A stretch of 64,000 nucleotides of DNA, from assembly GCA_965205975.1 (NCBI GenBank), contig OZ242195.1, positions 2,592,001-2,656,000 on the forward strand, in the 5' to 3' direction. Under the pieces are notes generated by a model, which was not told the origin of the DNA, searched no databases, and was given only the letters and a program-made list of their open reading frames with translations. Both the position numbers and the translations under genes were made by a program. Positions 17,501-27,799 of this stretch are shown in pieces; position 1 is the first letter of the stretch; each line of letters begins with the position of its first letter. The stretch is from Candidatus Latescibacterota bacterium. GTDB lineage: Bacteria > Latescibacterota > UBA2968.

Positions 17501-18970
17501 ATGATACAACGCCCAAACATCCTCTTCTGCATTGCCGATGATCAATCCTGGCCCCACGCTAGTGCCTATGGCTGCCCCTGGGTCAACACCCCTGCTTTTG
17601 ACCGCGTCGCACGCGAAGGCATCCTCTTCAACAACGCCTTCACACCCAATGCCAAATGCGCCCCATCCAGAGCCGCCGTCCTCACTGGCCGCTATTCCTG
17701 GCAACTTCAAGAAGCCTGCAACCACCTCTGCTTTTTCCCATCCGACTACGCCACCTACCCCGAACTTTTCAAAGAAGCCGGATACGCCACGGGATTCACC
17801 GGCAAAGGCTGGGCACCGGGCGAACCGGGCACTTATCCAGATGGCTCACCGCGCAAACTCGTCGGTCCCGAACACAACGACCTCAAACTCGATCCCCCCA
17901 CAAAAAGTATTGCTAATATAGACTACGCCGCCAATTTTGCGGCTTTTCTCAATGCCAAACCCGACGGCCAGCCCTTCAGCTTCTGGTATGGCGGCAGAGA
18001 ACCCCACCGCGGTTACGAATACGGCTCTGGCGTGCGCCTCGGGGGAAAATCCCTCTCTGATATTGACGAAGTACCCCCCTGCTGGCCGGCAACCGAAGAC
18101 GTCAAAAACGACATGCTCGACTACGCCTTTGAAATCGAATGGTTCGACAAACACCTGGGCCAAATCCTCGACATCCTCGAAAAACGCGGCGAACTCGACA
18201 ACACCCTCATCATGGTCACCTCAGACAATGGCATGCCCTTTCCGCGCATGAAAGGCCAACTCTACGAAATAGCGTACCACATGCCACTGGCCGCCATGTG
18301 GAAAAACGCGATGGAACCGGGCCGAATAGTTGACGACCTCGTCAATTTCGTTGACTTTGCTCCCACCTTCCTCGAAGCCGCGGGCATCGACATCCATCCC
18401 CAAATCACCGGCAAAAGCCTCATGCCCATCTTCAAATCCAGCAAATCGGGCATCATCGACCCGGAGCGCACCGCTCTCATCTCGGGCAAAGAACGCCACG
18501 ACATCTGCCGTCCCGGCACCGTCGGATATCCCATCCGCGGCATCCGCGACCACCGCCACCTCTACCTGCGAAATTTTGAACCCGACCGCTGGCCGGCTGG
18601 CAACCCCGAAGTCTATTACCGCAACATCGACGACTCACCCACCAAAACGCGCGTCGTCGAAGAAAAAGAACAGGGCAATGAGACCTATTGGCAACTCTGC
18701 ATGGGCAAACGCCCCAAAGAAGAACTCTACAATATCCAGACCGATCCCCACTGCATCACCAACCTCGCCGAAAGCGCCGACCACCAGACCATCAAAAGCG
18801 CGCTCTGGCAAAAACTTCAGAAAACCCTCAAACAACACGGCGATCCCCGCATGGAAGGTCAGGGCCACATCTTTGACGAATACCCCGTCACCAATCCAGA
18901 ACAAGAGCAAAGAGTCAAAGAACGGTTCCGCATCGCCAGAGAAACGGGTATCTTCTTCAAAAACTTTTAA
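17501..18970 (+). CDS. Sulfatase (sulfamidase-like, Cys-type)
   Basis: RPNILFCIADD, CAPSR, GKGW, EPHR and SDNGMPFPR motifs; the ORF-track extension to 16595 is an antisense shadow. Confidence 0.9.
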   Translation: MIQRPNILFCIADDQSWPHASAYGCPWVNTPAFDRVAREGILFNNAFTPNAKCAPSRAAVLTGRYSWQLQEACNHLCFFPSDYATYPELFKEAGYATGFTGKGWAPGEPGTYPDGSPRKLVGPEHNDLKLDPPTKSIANIDYAANFAAFLNAKPDGQPFSFWYGGREPHRGYEYGSGVRLGGKSLSDIDEVPPCWPATEDVKNDMLDYAFEIEWFDKHLGQILDILEKRGELDNTLIMVTSDNGMPFPRMKGQLYEIAYHMPLAAMWKNAMEPGRIVDDLVNFVDFAPTFLEAAGIDIHPQITGKSLMPIFKSSKSGIIDPERTALISGKERHDICRPGTVGYPIRGIRDHRHLYLRNFEPDRWPAGNPEVYYRNIDDSPTKTRVVEEKEQGNETYWQLCMGKRPKEELYNIQTDPHCITNLAESADHQTIKSALWQKLQKTLKQHGDPRMEGQGHIFDEYPVTNPEQEQRVKERFRIARETGIFFKNF

Positions 18971-18983
18971 ATGAGAGGGGTAT

Positions 18984-19244
18984 ATGAATTGGCCAAGTTG
19001 GTGGGAATGGGACCTGGGTTTTACGGCACATGTGGAAGTCCGAATGGAGGAACGAGGTTTCTCTGAGATCGAACTACGAACAATGCTTGATAACGCTTCA
19101 AAATTGACCCCTGCACGTCACCCCGATCGTTGGCTTATTCATACTCGCCATGCGAGGCATCCCTGGGTTGTCGTCGTCGAGCCAGATTTGGACGACAAAA
19201 TTCTTATGATTGTAACCGCATATCCTGAAGAGGTACGCCCATGA
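18984..19244 (+). CDS. DUF4258-like putative toxin
   Basis: FTAHVEVRMEERG...IVTAY. Confidence 0.75.
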   Translation: MNWPSWWEWDLGFTAHVEVRMEERGFSEIELRTMLDNASKLTPARHPDRWLIHTRHARHPWVVVVEPDLDDKILMIVTAYPEEVRP

Positions 19245-19510
19245 AAACAGTTTCCTTACAAATCACATATCGCAAAGGCAAACCATTTGCTGCATATATT
19301 TACCTATCTCACCGGTGCGGACAGAAAAGTGTACGCACCGAAGCGGTAACAGAAGATTTGCTCATAGACTATGCTCAAGATGGTACACCTCTTGGAATTG
19401 AGATCGTCTCGCCTAGAATCGTGAGTATAGAAGAGATACAGAGCGTCTTTGATCGTTTGGGGCTTGGCAGACCGGAACCCATAGAGTTGGAGCCGCTCAA
19501 TGCAGCGTAA
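19241..19510 (+). CDS. DUF2283-like putative antitoxin
   Basis: AAYIYL...LLIDY-DG-PLGIEI; ATGA overlap with the previous gene. Confidence 0.78.
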   Translation: MKTVSLQITYRKGKPFAAYIYLSHRCGQKSVRTEAVTEDLLIDYAQDGTPLGIEIVSPRIVSIEEIQSVFDRLGLGRPEPIELEPLNAA

Positions 19511-19528
19511 CTGTAATTTGGGGTATTA

Positions 19529-20329
19529 TTAATACCCAATCCCCCGCAGATACTCGCGGTTAGACTTTGCCGCTTCTGCGGCAGGTTTGGGCGGATAGGG
19601 TCGGTCGAGTTCGACGGACACCCACCCATCGTAGCCCACGTCTTCCAACTTCTCAAGCGCTGCCCGTGCGTCAAACCCCATATTCCCCGCGCCGAGTTCC
19701 GCAAATCGCGCCTCCTCATTAAACTGTCCCATACGGTGATTCCAGGACGAGGGATCATTGGCATGCACATCCTTCAAATGCACATGTCCAATCCGATTCC
19801 GCAACACATCGCGTTCAAAAACCTGCATCGGATCGCTACCTGCCGCCAGCATGTGTCCCGTATCGTAAAGCAACCACAAATCGGGCGCTGCCGTCATCAA
19901 TCTCTCGGCATCCTCAACCGTCTCAATCAACGTCCGCATGTGCGCGTGGTGGAAACCCTTCACATTGTGCGCCTTGCAATATGCCAGCACATCATCGAGC
20001 GAACGAGCCGCATTTTCAAAATCTTCATCACTCGGATCATCGCCCCCCCACATCGCTCGGCGACACGACGGCACCTCTGCCGCATCATTGCCCAAAGAGA
20101 TATTGTACCGAACCCGATCAAGCGGACTCGGTCCCCCCACATTGACCAGATGCAACCCATTCTTCCTCGCGAGATTGGCTTTAGCAACCAGATCATCGCC
20201 ACTGTCGATCTTCAACCCCTCAACTCCATCCCACCCGGCCTCTGCCACCTCTGCCAACACCTTCTCGGGATTTTCGTGCTGCTCGCCCCGAAACTGAATC
20301 AAATGACAAGCCAGTCTAAATTTGCCCAT
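19529..20329 (-). CDS. Sugar phosphate isomerase/epimerase (IolE-like TIM barrel)
   Basis: HHAH, DTGH, HVHLKD and YDGWVSVELD motifs. Confidence 0.85.
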   Translation of the reverse strand: MGKFRLACHLIQFRGEQHENPEKVLAEVAEAGWDGVEGLKIDSGDDLVAKANLARKNGLHLVNVGGPSPLDRVRYNISLGNDAAEVPSCRRAMWGGDDPSDEDFENAARSLDDVLAYCKAHNVKGFHHAHMRTLIETVEDAERLMTAAPDLWLLYDTGHMLAAGSDPMQVFERDVLRNRIGHVHLKDVHANDPSSWNHRMGQFNEEARFAELGAGNMGFDARAALEKLEDVGYDGWVSVELDRPYPPKPAAEAAKSNREYLRGIGY

Positions 20330-20350
20330 ATTTATGTCCTTTCTGAAAGC

Positions 20351-20376
20351 GGGCGACCACAGGGGGTCGCCCCTAC
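20351..20376 (-). repeat. GTAG-type REP palindrome
   Basis: GTAGGGGCGACCCCCTGTGGTCGCCC, identical to copies at 21103 and 51512. Confidence 0.88.
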
Positions 20377-20378
20377 AA

Positions 20379-21017
20379 TTACACTTCATCCACCGTCCGG
20401 TGCGCGAAGGCATTCCACACACCAGCCAGATCGTGAACGGCCTTAAACATCGGATAAAGCGCGTCCCACATCGCATCTCGCGCTTTGAATGCGGCTTCCC
20501 TATCGCCCTCTGCGAATGCCTTCTTAAAAGCCGCCACTTGTGCGCGCTGCGTCTCTGCTGTCTGTTCTACACGCGCGACAAAATCCTCCACAGACTGCAG
20601 ATGTTCATCTGCTCTTGTATCTGCATCAACGCTCAAATCTGGTGCCTGATCATAAGAAAAAGAGTTCGCAAATCGCGGCGGCTCCTTCTCTCCCTCTGCC
20701 GTCCAATACGTATGCGTAGGCAAAATATGCGGCGTCACAGACAAATACATAATCACCTCATCATCGCCCACATTGCGTACCGTATGCGCCTCATCCGTTA
20801 GTGCAATACACATCTGTCCGGGACCCAACACCTCCTTGTGCCCCTCGATATCAAACTCTGCCTGCCCTTGTAAAATCAGAAAAATCTCATGCCCCAAATC
20901 GTGTGTATGGCTCTGATTGAACTGCCCCACCTCCATCTTCAAAAAACGCGAACGAATCTGGGGTGTCACCAGCATATTGGTAATATCCTTGCGATAGTCA
21001 AAAACTTGAAATGGCAT
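20379..21017 (-). CDS. Cupin-domain protein
   Basis: HTHDLGHE...H metal-binding motif; GGAGG RBS. Confidence 0.85.
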   Translation of the reverse strand: MPFQVFDYRKDITNMLVTPQIRSRFLKMEVGQFNQSHTHDLGHEIFLILQGQAEFDIEGHKEVLGPGQMCIALTDEAHTVRNVGDDEVIMYLSVTPHILPTHTYWTAEGEKEPPRFANSFSYDQAPDLSVDADTRADEHLQSVEDFVARVEQTAETQRAQVAAFKKAFAEGDREAAFKARDAMWDALYPMFKAVHDLAGVWNAFAHRTVDEV

Positions 21018-21102
21018 GATACCCTCCTTATTAGGTCGCGGATAAAAAAAACCAAATGATACTTGCTTCAACATCCCGAACACAGCATATTACGCGATGC
21101 GC

Positions 21103-21128
21103 GGGCGACCACAGGGGGTCGCCCCTAC
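21103..21128 (-). repeat. GTAG-type REP palindrome
   Basis: Identical to 20351-20376. Confidence 0.88.
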
Positions 21129-21152
21129 AATCACACCAACCGAAAGAAATGC

Positions 21153-23099
21153 ATGAGCCTACCCAATCCCGCGCCACAGCCTGACCCCGCGTCACACATC
21201 ACCACCCGCGCCATTATCGTTGGCCTGATCCTGACTCTTGTCATCTGCTATTTTGCCACAGACACCACCTATCGCCTTCGCGCATCTCGCGTATCTCTGG
21301 GCCACATGCCCATGTCATTGTGGCTGCCATTTCTTCTCATCTTCCTGATCAATCCCCTGCTCAAAAAAATCCGGGACAACTGGATGCTTCGCCCGCATGA
21401 ATTGGGACTCATCCTCTGCATGGGATTTATCGGCAGCGTTTTTCCCACCAAAAACGTCGCCGGGCGCCTGATCGCCGTCCTCGCCAGCCCCTATTACAAA
21501 GCCACGCCGGAAAACCGATGGGCGGAATTTACCCACGAACACATCCAACCCTGGGCTGTACCCAGCAATCGCGCGGGCGACATCACCAATTTGTGGGAGG
21601 GATTGCCAGCACATCTCTCCACCCCCTATCACGCCTGGGCTGTACCGCTCTTCTGGTGGTTCACATTTTTCTTCGCCCTATTCATCGCCTGTTTGTGCAT
21701 CACTGTCATCTTGCGCAAACAATGGGTCGAACACGAACGCATCACCTTTCCCCTCGCGCAGTTGCCCACTCTGATGATTCGGGATACAGCGTCGGGACAA
21801 ATAGGATTTTTCAAAAACAAATTATTCTGGACGGGATTTGGCATCGGCGCATTCATCTTATCCTGGAATATCCTGCCCCTCTTCTGGCACAATCTCCCAA
21901 TCATACCCATTGGTCCCACCCATAGTACCGCCATCTCATTTGGGCACGACTTTCCACCGCTACAAATCAAATTCAACTTTGTCATGGCGGCCTTTGGATA
22001 TCTCACCAACCTCGAAGTCCTGCTCTCCATCTGGCTATTCCATATACTCTCGCTCATCGAAATCGGCGCATTAAACCGCTTTGGCATCACAGTGGGCAGA
22101 GACTTTGGCAGCGGCCTATTGCTACAGCAAGTCGGTGGCTTCATCGCATTTGCCCTGTTTGGCCTCTTCATGGCGCGGCAGCATATTGGAACCGTCATCC
22201 GCGCACTCTGGCAACCCGATGCACAGGACAAAACCGAACTCCTGTCTTACCGCACCGCAGTAATCGGCCTGATCATCTCACTCATCTATGCCAGTGCCTG
22301 GATGTACGCACTGGGCATTTCCCTGCTGGGCATTGCAATACAACTGGGCCTGCTCTTGATCTACTTCATCGGCCTGGCCAAAATCGTCGCAGAAACCGGC
22401 CTCGTATATGTCGAAACCCCACTGCGAACCCAGGAACTCGCCGCTGCCGCGCTCGGCACAAACGTGCAAACCCCCGACCACGTCGGCATGGCACTATCGG
22501 CCAACAGCGTGGAAAGCCACCGCGAATACATCCTCCCGTCTCTCACTCACACCGCCAAAATCCACGACGTATTTCGCTGGCCGCGCAATCGCATGGTCGC
22601 GGCCCTAATGCTCGCCTTTATCATCGGCTTTGCCGTCTCAATTATCTATACCCTCAACCTCTGCTACGGCGCGACCGGTGCCGCCAACATCCGCCACGTC
22701 TTTGTATTCGGCGGATACAGCCAGCGCATGTTCGACCGCGTCGTCTCCTGGGCATCGGAACCGACCTCTTTTGGCCGCGTTGAATGGCAATTCCTGGCTG
22801 CGGGCGCGCTCGGCACCCTGTTTTTGAGCCTCATGCGCTTGCGCTTTGCGTGGTGGCCCCTCCATCCCGTGGGATTTACAGTGGGATATGTCTATCCCGT
22901 CAGAGTCACCGCCTTCACCGTCTTTCTCGTATGGGCATTCAAATCCATTGTATTGCGCATCGGCGGCATCCGGCTCTACCGCAATTTGCAACCCTTCTTC
23001 ATCGGCCTCTTAATCGGCTACACCCTCGGTGTCGGCCTCTCCACACTCGTAGATCACATCTACTTCCCCGGCAACGGTCACATGGTGCATTCGTGGTAA
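21153..23099 (+). CDS. Large polytopic membrane protein, DUF6785/DUF6784-like (putative transporter)
   Basis: Many hydrophobic helices; RAIIVGL, LRKQWVEHERITFPL, WWPLHPVG and PFFIGL motifs. Confidence 0.78.
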   Translation: MSLPNPAPQPDPASHITTRAIIVGLILTLVICYFATDTTYRLRASRVSLGHMPMSLWLPFLLIFLINPLLKKIRDNWMLRPHELGLILCMGFIGSVFPTKNVAGRLIAVLASPYYKATPENRWAEFTHEHIQPWAVPSNRAGDITNLWEGLPAHLSTPYHAWAVPLFWWFTFFFALFIACLCITVILRKQWVEHERITFPLAQLPTLMIRDTASGQIGFFKNKLFWTGFGIGAFILSWNILPLFWHNLPIIPIGPTHSTAISFGHDFPPLQIKFNFVMAAFGYLTNLEVLLSIWLFHILSLIEIGALNRFGITVGRDFGSGLLLQQVGGFIAFALFGLFMARQHIGTVIRALWQPDAQDKTELLSYRTAVIGLIISLIYASAWMYALGISLLGIAIQLGLLLIYFIGLAKIVAETGLVYVETPLRTQELAAAALGTNVQTPDHVGMALSANSVESHREYILPSLTHTAKIHDVFRWPRNRMVAALMLAFIIGFAVSIIYTLNLCYGATGAANIRHVFVFGGYSQRMFDRVVSWASEPTSFGRVEWQFLAAGALGTLFLSLMRLRFAWWPLHPVGFTVGYVYPVRVTAFTVFLVWAFKSIVLRIGGIRLYRNLQPFFIGLLIGYTLGVGLSTLVDHIYFPGNGHMVHSW

Positions 23100-23104
23100 G
23101 GCAC

Positions 23105-23211
23105 GAATCAGCGAATCAACGAATCAGCGAATCAGCGAATCGAAGTTCGTAACGACTTTGGGTGGTTGGGCGGGGTTCGTCTATTCGTCTATTCGTCTAT
23201 TCGTCTATTCG
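23105..23211. repeat. Composite octamer-repeat element A
   Basis: (GAATCARC)x4.6 + 34-bp core + (TTCGTCTA)x4.5. Confidence 0.85.
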
Positions 23212-23215
23212 CAAA

Positions 23216-23248
23216 AAAGGGGCACCATCGCGCGATGACAGCCCCTTT
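23216..23248. terminator. Probable bidirectional terminator
   Basis: AAAGGGGC...GCCCCTTT between convergent genes. Confidence 0.55.
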
Positions 23249-23252
23249 CAAA

Positions 23253-24761
23253 TCAAGATGGTTCTCGAAATGCCTGTTCCCCGATAGTATTTACATACGG
23301 ATGTCCCATCTCCTCCATCCACCCCAAAATGCGGTCTCGCATTGATGCGGCACGCGCGCGATCTCGATACGCCAGATTGTGTTCCTCATGGGGATCATCC
23401 GCCAGATTATAAAGCTCGTCCAAATCGCGCACATCACCGCTCAGAGGCTTCCAATTCAGCACAAACTTCCACGATCCCTGCCTGAGCATCACACCGCGAT
23501 TCATCAAATCCGTAAAAATCTCTTCCCGCGCAACATCGCGCTCACCCTTCAAAACACCGCCTATACTCTCGCCATCTACCCCCTCGGGAATATCCATATC
23601 CGCCAGATCCAGCAGCGTGGGCATCACATCCACACTGCTATTCAAAGAAGTATTCACAGATCCCGCTTCAATGCGCCCGGGCCACCGCACCAAACACGGC
23701 ACCTTCATCAACGTATCATACCCACAATACGTCAACTTATACACCATCCCAAACTGCCCCACCATATCGCCGTGATCCGACACAAACATCACAATCGTAT
23801 TCTCCGCCTGCCCATTGGCATCCAACGCATTGAGCACCCGCTCTACCTGTGCGTCGATATAACTCACATACCCCCAATAACGCCGAACATAATCTCGTAC
23901 CTCATCTCTCGACCAGACATCGCGCACATAAGTGCGATCATGACCCGATTGAAAACGCGGCTTATCCTCCAATGGCGCGTCGTAATTATCGGGCAGGGGC
24001 ACATCGTCCAAATCGTACATCGAATCCCAGGGTTCAGGCGGACAGACGGGCGAATGCGGTCCGTAAAAAGACAACACCGCACAAAATGGATTGTCCCGAT
24101 TAGCGTTGAGAAACGACACCATCTCATCGGCAAAAAAGTGTGCCATGTGGTGATCCTCTCCCAACAAACTCACGTTGTGCTCCCGATCTGGAGCACTCGG
24201 CGCTGCCTGGTGATTGCCCACGCGAGGCGAATTTTTAACCTCATCTGGCAAATCAGTCGTCTGCAAATACGCTTTGAAATGCTTCCATCCCCCAACCCAG
24301 TGATCAAATCCACTCCGGGGTTCATCCTCACCCGTCCCGCCCTCCACCTCCACAAACTCAAAATCGCGCGTACTATCTACCCGCTTTCTGACCCAGCAAT
24401 TGTCAAACGGACCGCGTTCCGCAATCCCGCGATACATCTGCCCCCCCAAATGCCACTTGCCAATCCACGCGGTTTGATAGCCCGCATCGCGAAATACATT
24501 GCCTATTGACGGCAACGCATCGTCCAGTTCCACATCGTTAATCACCACCCCGTGGTTGTGCGAATAGCGCCCGGTCAAATACGTCGCCCGAGACGGTGTA
24601 CACGCAAACGCCGCAATATAAAAATTGTCAAACCGCATGCCCTCGCGTGCCAGGCGGTCTTGCGCGGGTGTCTTAACAACCGAATTGCCATAACAACCGA
24701 TAGTCGATACAGGTTGCTGATCCGTCATAATCAAAAGCACATTGGGACGATCACCGGACAT
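23253..24761 (-). CDS. Sulfatase (Cys-type)
   Basis: RPNVLLIMTDQ, CTPSR, GKWHLG, GPH and SDHGD motifs. Confidence 0.92.
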   Translation of the reverse strand: MSGDRPNVLLIMTDQQPVSTIGCYGNSVVKTPAQDRLAREGMRFDNFYIAAFACTPSRATYLTGRYSHNHGVVINDVELDDALPSIGNVFRDAGYQTAWIGKWHLGGQMYRGIAERGPFDNCWVRKRVDSTRDFEFVEVEGGTGEDEPRSGFDHWVGGWKHFKAYLQTTDLPDEVKNSPRVGNHQAAPSAPDREHNVSLLGEDHHMAHFFADEMVSFLNANRDNPFCAVLSFYGPHSPVCPPEPWDSMYDLDDVPLPDNYDAPLEDKPRFQSGHDRTYVRDVWSRDEVRDYVRRYWGYVSYIDAQVERVLNALDANGQAENTIVMFVSDHGDMVGQFGMVYKLTYCGYDTLMKVPCLVRWPGRIEAGSVNTSLNSSVDVMPTLLDLADMDIPEGVDGESIGGVLKGERDVAREEIFTDLMNRGVMLRQGSWKFVLNWKPLSGDVRDLDELYNLADDPHEEHNLAYRDRARAASMRDRILGWMEEMGHPYVNTIGEQAFREPS

Positions 24762-24774
24762 TGTAACCCCCTCT

Positions 24775-25845
24775 CTACACCAAAAACTTCAGGCAAACGG
24801 GCATGGGCACTTCCACGACATGCCCGGTCTCTGTCAATTTCCCGGTCTCTCGGTCGATGGCAAAAGAAACAATCGTATCGCTACTTTGATTCTCTGCGAG
24901 CAAGTAATTGCCATCGGGCGAAAGCGCGATATTGCGAGGCGTTTGTCCGCCAGTGGAGTGAATATCGACCGGCGTCAAGTGACCGCTGGACGCGTCAACC
25001 GCAAAAATGGCGACACTATCGTGACCGCGATTTGACCCATACACAAACTTGCCATCGGATGAAACGTGAACATCCGCCGTATGACTCGTATCTGAAAAAT
25101 CGCCGGGCAATGTGTCGATAGATTGCAACTCGGTCAACGCGCCGGTCTCTGCATCATAGGCATAGGCATTGACAGTATTTCCGATTTCGTTAATGAGATA
25201 GGCGTATTGTCCCCCGGGATGAAACGCAAAATGGCGCGGTCCCTCACCAGGCGCCACAGAGACAGATGGCGGATCATTCGCAACGAGTTTGCCGTTTTCG
25301 AGATCAAGCTCAAAAATCAACACCTTGTCCAAACCGAGATCGGCAACATAAACCCGTTTGTTATCCGGCGAAATATTCGCAGAATGGGCGTGGGGACCTT
25401 GCTGCCGTTGCGGATTGACACTGCTGCCCTCGTGCTGAATAAAATCCGACGCCTCGCCCAGCGCACCGTCTTCTCCAATGGGCAACATACAGGTGCTACC
25501 CCCACCGTAATTTGCCACCACCGCATAGCGCCCCGTAGCATCGATATTCAAATGACAGGGACCAGTGCCTATTGTCGATTTCCGGTTGATAAACGCGAGA
25601 TCTGCGGCTTCTGCATCAATAGCATACGCGCTAATCGCCCCCGCGCTCTCGCCATTGTATTCACTGATCTCATTGACCGCATAGAGAAACCGCCCATTGG
25701 GATGAATGGCGAGAAATGTCGGATTCTCACTCTCGATGCTATTCGCCGGAGTGAGTTCACCCGTCTCGGTATTGAATCGGTGAACGTAAATACCTTTGCT
25801 GCCAGTGCGAGTGTAGGTACCGGTAAAAGCGATGATATTGCTCAT
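24775..25845 (-). CDS. pgl: Lactonase family / 6-phosphogluconolactonase
   Basis: GTYT, GPCH, ANYGGG, PHAH, GPRH, SNRGHDS and TPRN motifs. Confidence 0.88.
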   Translation of the reverse strand: MSNIIAFTGTYTRTGSKGIYVHRFNTETGELTPANSIESENPTFLAIHPNGRFLYAVNEISEYNGESAGAISAYAIDAEAADLAFINRKSTIGTGPCHLNIDATGRYAVVANYGGGSTCMLPIGEDGALGEASDFIQHEGSSVNPQRQQGPHAHSANISPDNKRVYVADLGLDKVLIFELDLENGKLVANDPPSVSVAPGEGPRHFAFHPGGQYAYLINEIGNTVNAYAYDAETGALTELQSIDTLPGDFSDTSHTADVHVSSDGKFVYGSNRGHDSVAIFAVDASSGHLTPVDIHSTGGQTPRNIALSPDGNYLLAENQSSDTIVSFAIDRETGKLTETGHVVEVPMPVCLKFLV

Positions 25846-25857
25846 AATAAATCTCCT

Positions 25858-26952
25858 TTAGTGGCTCAAAATATCGACGACCATATCGCCAAAATCACTG
25901 GTCGAAAGAACATTCTTGGGATCGGTTATTTCTGAGGCGAGTTCAGAAGTGGCATATCCTCTCTCGAGAATATCGAACATAGCGTTCCACAAAGCGTCGG
26001 ACTCCTCTTTAAGCCCCAGACATTTATCCAGCAAAAATGCAATACTGCCAATCATCGAATAGGGATTGGCGATATTTTGACCCGCGATATCGGGAGCCGA
26101 CCCGTGCGCCGGTTCCACATAGCCCTTTTCTGGCCCCATACACGCCGAAGGCATCAAACCGAGAGAGCCGAGTAAGCCCCCCGCCTGATCGGTCAGAATA
26201 TCGCCCTGCATATTTTCCAAAAGCATAACCCCATTGAATTGCGTGGGATCTCTGACGAGTTGAAAAGCCGCATTATCGACGATAATCGACACGTATTCGA
26301 CATCGTCGTATTCTTTTGCCATATCTTCGATAATCGCGTCCCAAAGCCGAGACGTCGCCAGCACATTCGATTTGTGAACATGGGTCATTCTGGTGCCGAG
26401 ACGTCGGGCTTCGTCAAACGCAACCGTTCCAATCGCGCGCACCTGCTCTTCGGTATAAATACAATCGTCGCGCGCGTATTTCATCCCCGTAGCAGTACCC
26501 TCTTCTTTCTCCCCAAAATAAATACCACCCACCAGTTCCCGAATCATGAGAATATCAATACCCTCTCCAATAACGCTATCGCGCAGGGGAGAAAATGACG
26601 CGAGAGATTTGGGCAGCCTGACCGGGCGATAATTGGCATACGTATTGAAACGCTTTCGCAAAGGCAGAATAGCACCGAGTTCCGGACGCGACTCCTGTGG
26701 AATTTTCTTCGTCTCTTCAATGGAAAGCCCCACCGGACCTTTGATAATCGCGTCTGCCCGATCGCACAGGGCTTTTGTTTCATCGGGAAACGGACTACCC
26801 TCGTCAAAATACGACGCCGCACCAAAAGGCGCGTATTCCAGCACAAACTCGTGATCGAACTTCTTTTCAATCGTGCGAAGCGCTTTAATCCCTTCCCGCA
26901 TAATCTCGGGACCAATGCCGTCGCCTTCAAGCACGGCGAGGGTTTTTTTCAT
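25858..26952 (-). CDS. leuB: 3-isopropylmalate dehydrogenase
   Basis: GDGIGPEI, PELGAILPLRK, RELVGGIYFG and EPAHGSAPDIAG motifs. Confidence 0.85.
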   Translation of the reverse strand: MKKTLAVLEGDGIGPEIMREGIKALRTIEKKFDHEFVLEYAPFGAASYFDEGSPFPDETKALCDRADAIIKGPVGLSIEETKKIPQESRPELGAILPLRKRFNTYANYRPVRLPKSLASFSPLRDSVIGEGIDILMIRELVGGIYFGEKEEGTATGMKYARDDCIYTEEQVRAIGTVAFDEARRLGTRMTHVHKSNVLATSRLWDAIIEDMAKEYDDVEYVSIIVDNAAFQLVRDPTQFNGVMLLENMQGDILTDQAGGLLGSLGLMPSACMGPEKGYVEPAHGSAPDIAGQNIANPYSMIGSIAFLLDKCLGLKEESDALWNAMFDILERGYATSELASEITDPKNVLSTSDFGDMVVDILSH

Positions 26953-26974
26953 AATAAACCTTTCTGTAAGAATG

Positions 26975-27063
26975 GTAAGAGGGAAATCCTTTTCCCGACC
27001 CCATCGCGGCAGGGATGCCGCTCCAACGCAACGGCGTAGTAAGAGGGAAATCCCTTTCCCGAC
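26975..27063. repeat. Mosaic of REP-like hairpins: 25-bp direct repeats flanking a third hairpin
   Basis: GTAAGAGGGAAATCCYTTTCCCGAC at 26975 and 27039; TCGCGGCAGGGATGCCGCTCCAAC at 27004. Confidence 0.75.
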
Positions 27064-27797
27064 TAACCACTGACCACCGACGCCGCCTCTCTATCTAAAA
27101 TAAACGTACAATCCGAATGTGTCTGTAAAAAACTCGCCGGACAGGATGGATGGGGAGCACCCTGAACAGCGCGAGCAATCGCTCCTGCCTTATCCTTACC
27201 CATCGCCAGAAGGAGGATGCGTCTCGCCTCGCAAATCGTGGCAATCCCCGCAGTAAGCGCCTGTTTGGGCACATCTTCAACGCGCTCGAAAAAGCGACTA
27301 TTCGCCGCAATCGTACTCTCGGTCAAATCGACCAGACGGGTGCGAGAATCGGGCGCACTGCCAGGCTCGTTAAAAGCAATATGTCCATTGCGACCAATGC
27401 CGAGCAACCACAGATCCACACCACCGCACGCCCGTATCCTGGCTTCAAAAGCCTCGCACTCGAGACCGGCATCCACTGCCATGCCATTGGGTACATGAGT
27501 ATTCCACAGTTGAATATCAGTACCGTCAAAAAACGTGTGATTCATAAAATAACGATAACTCTGGGGATGCCCACCATCAAGCCCCCAGTACTCATCGAGA
27601 TTAAAAGTAGTCAAACGCGAAAAACTCAGCCCCTCCCGATTCATCCGCACGAGTTCGGCATACGTCCTCACCGGCGTTGACCCCGTTGCCAAACCGAGCA
27701 CAGCATCTGGCTTCTGGCGAATAAGCGCGGCAATTACCGATGCAGCGGCGCGGGCCACATCGTCGGGCGTATCGCAAATTTTCACTTGAATAGGCAT
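27063..27797 (-). CDS. nagB: Glucosamine-6-phosphate deaminase
   Basis: LGLATGSTP, FNLDEY and LGIGRNGHIAFNEPG motifs. Confidence 0.93.
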   Translation of the reverse strand: MPIQVKICDTPDDVARAAASVIAALIRQKPDAVLGLATGSTPVRTYAELVRMNREGLSFSRLTTFNLDEYWGLDGGHPQSYRYFMNHTFFDGTDIQLWNTHVPNGMAVDAGLECEAFEARIRACGGVDLWLLGIGRNGHIAFNEPGSAPDSRTRLVDLTESTIAANSRFFERVEDVPKQALTAGIATICEARRILLLAMGKDKAGAIARAVQGAPHPSCPASFLQTHSDCTFILDREAASVVSG

Positions 27798-27799
27798 AA

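Noticed and set aside
23105..23211. CRISPR array in this or the other repeat regions
   Set aside because: Units are 8-bp tandem repeats without unique spacers, and there are no cas genes
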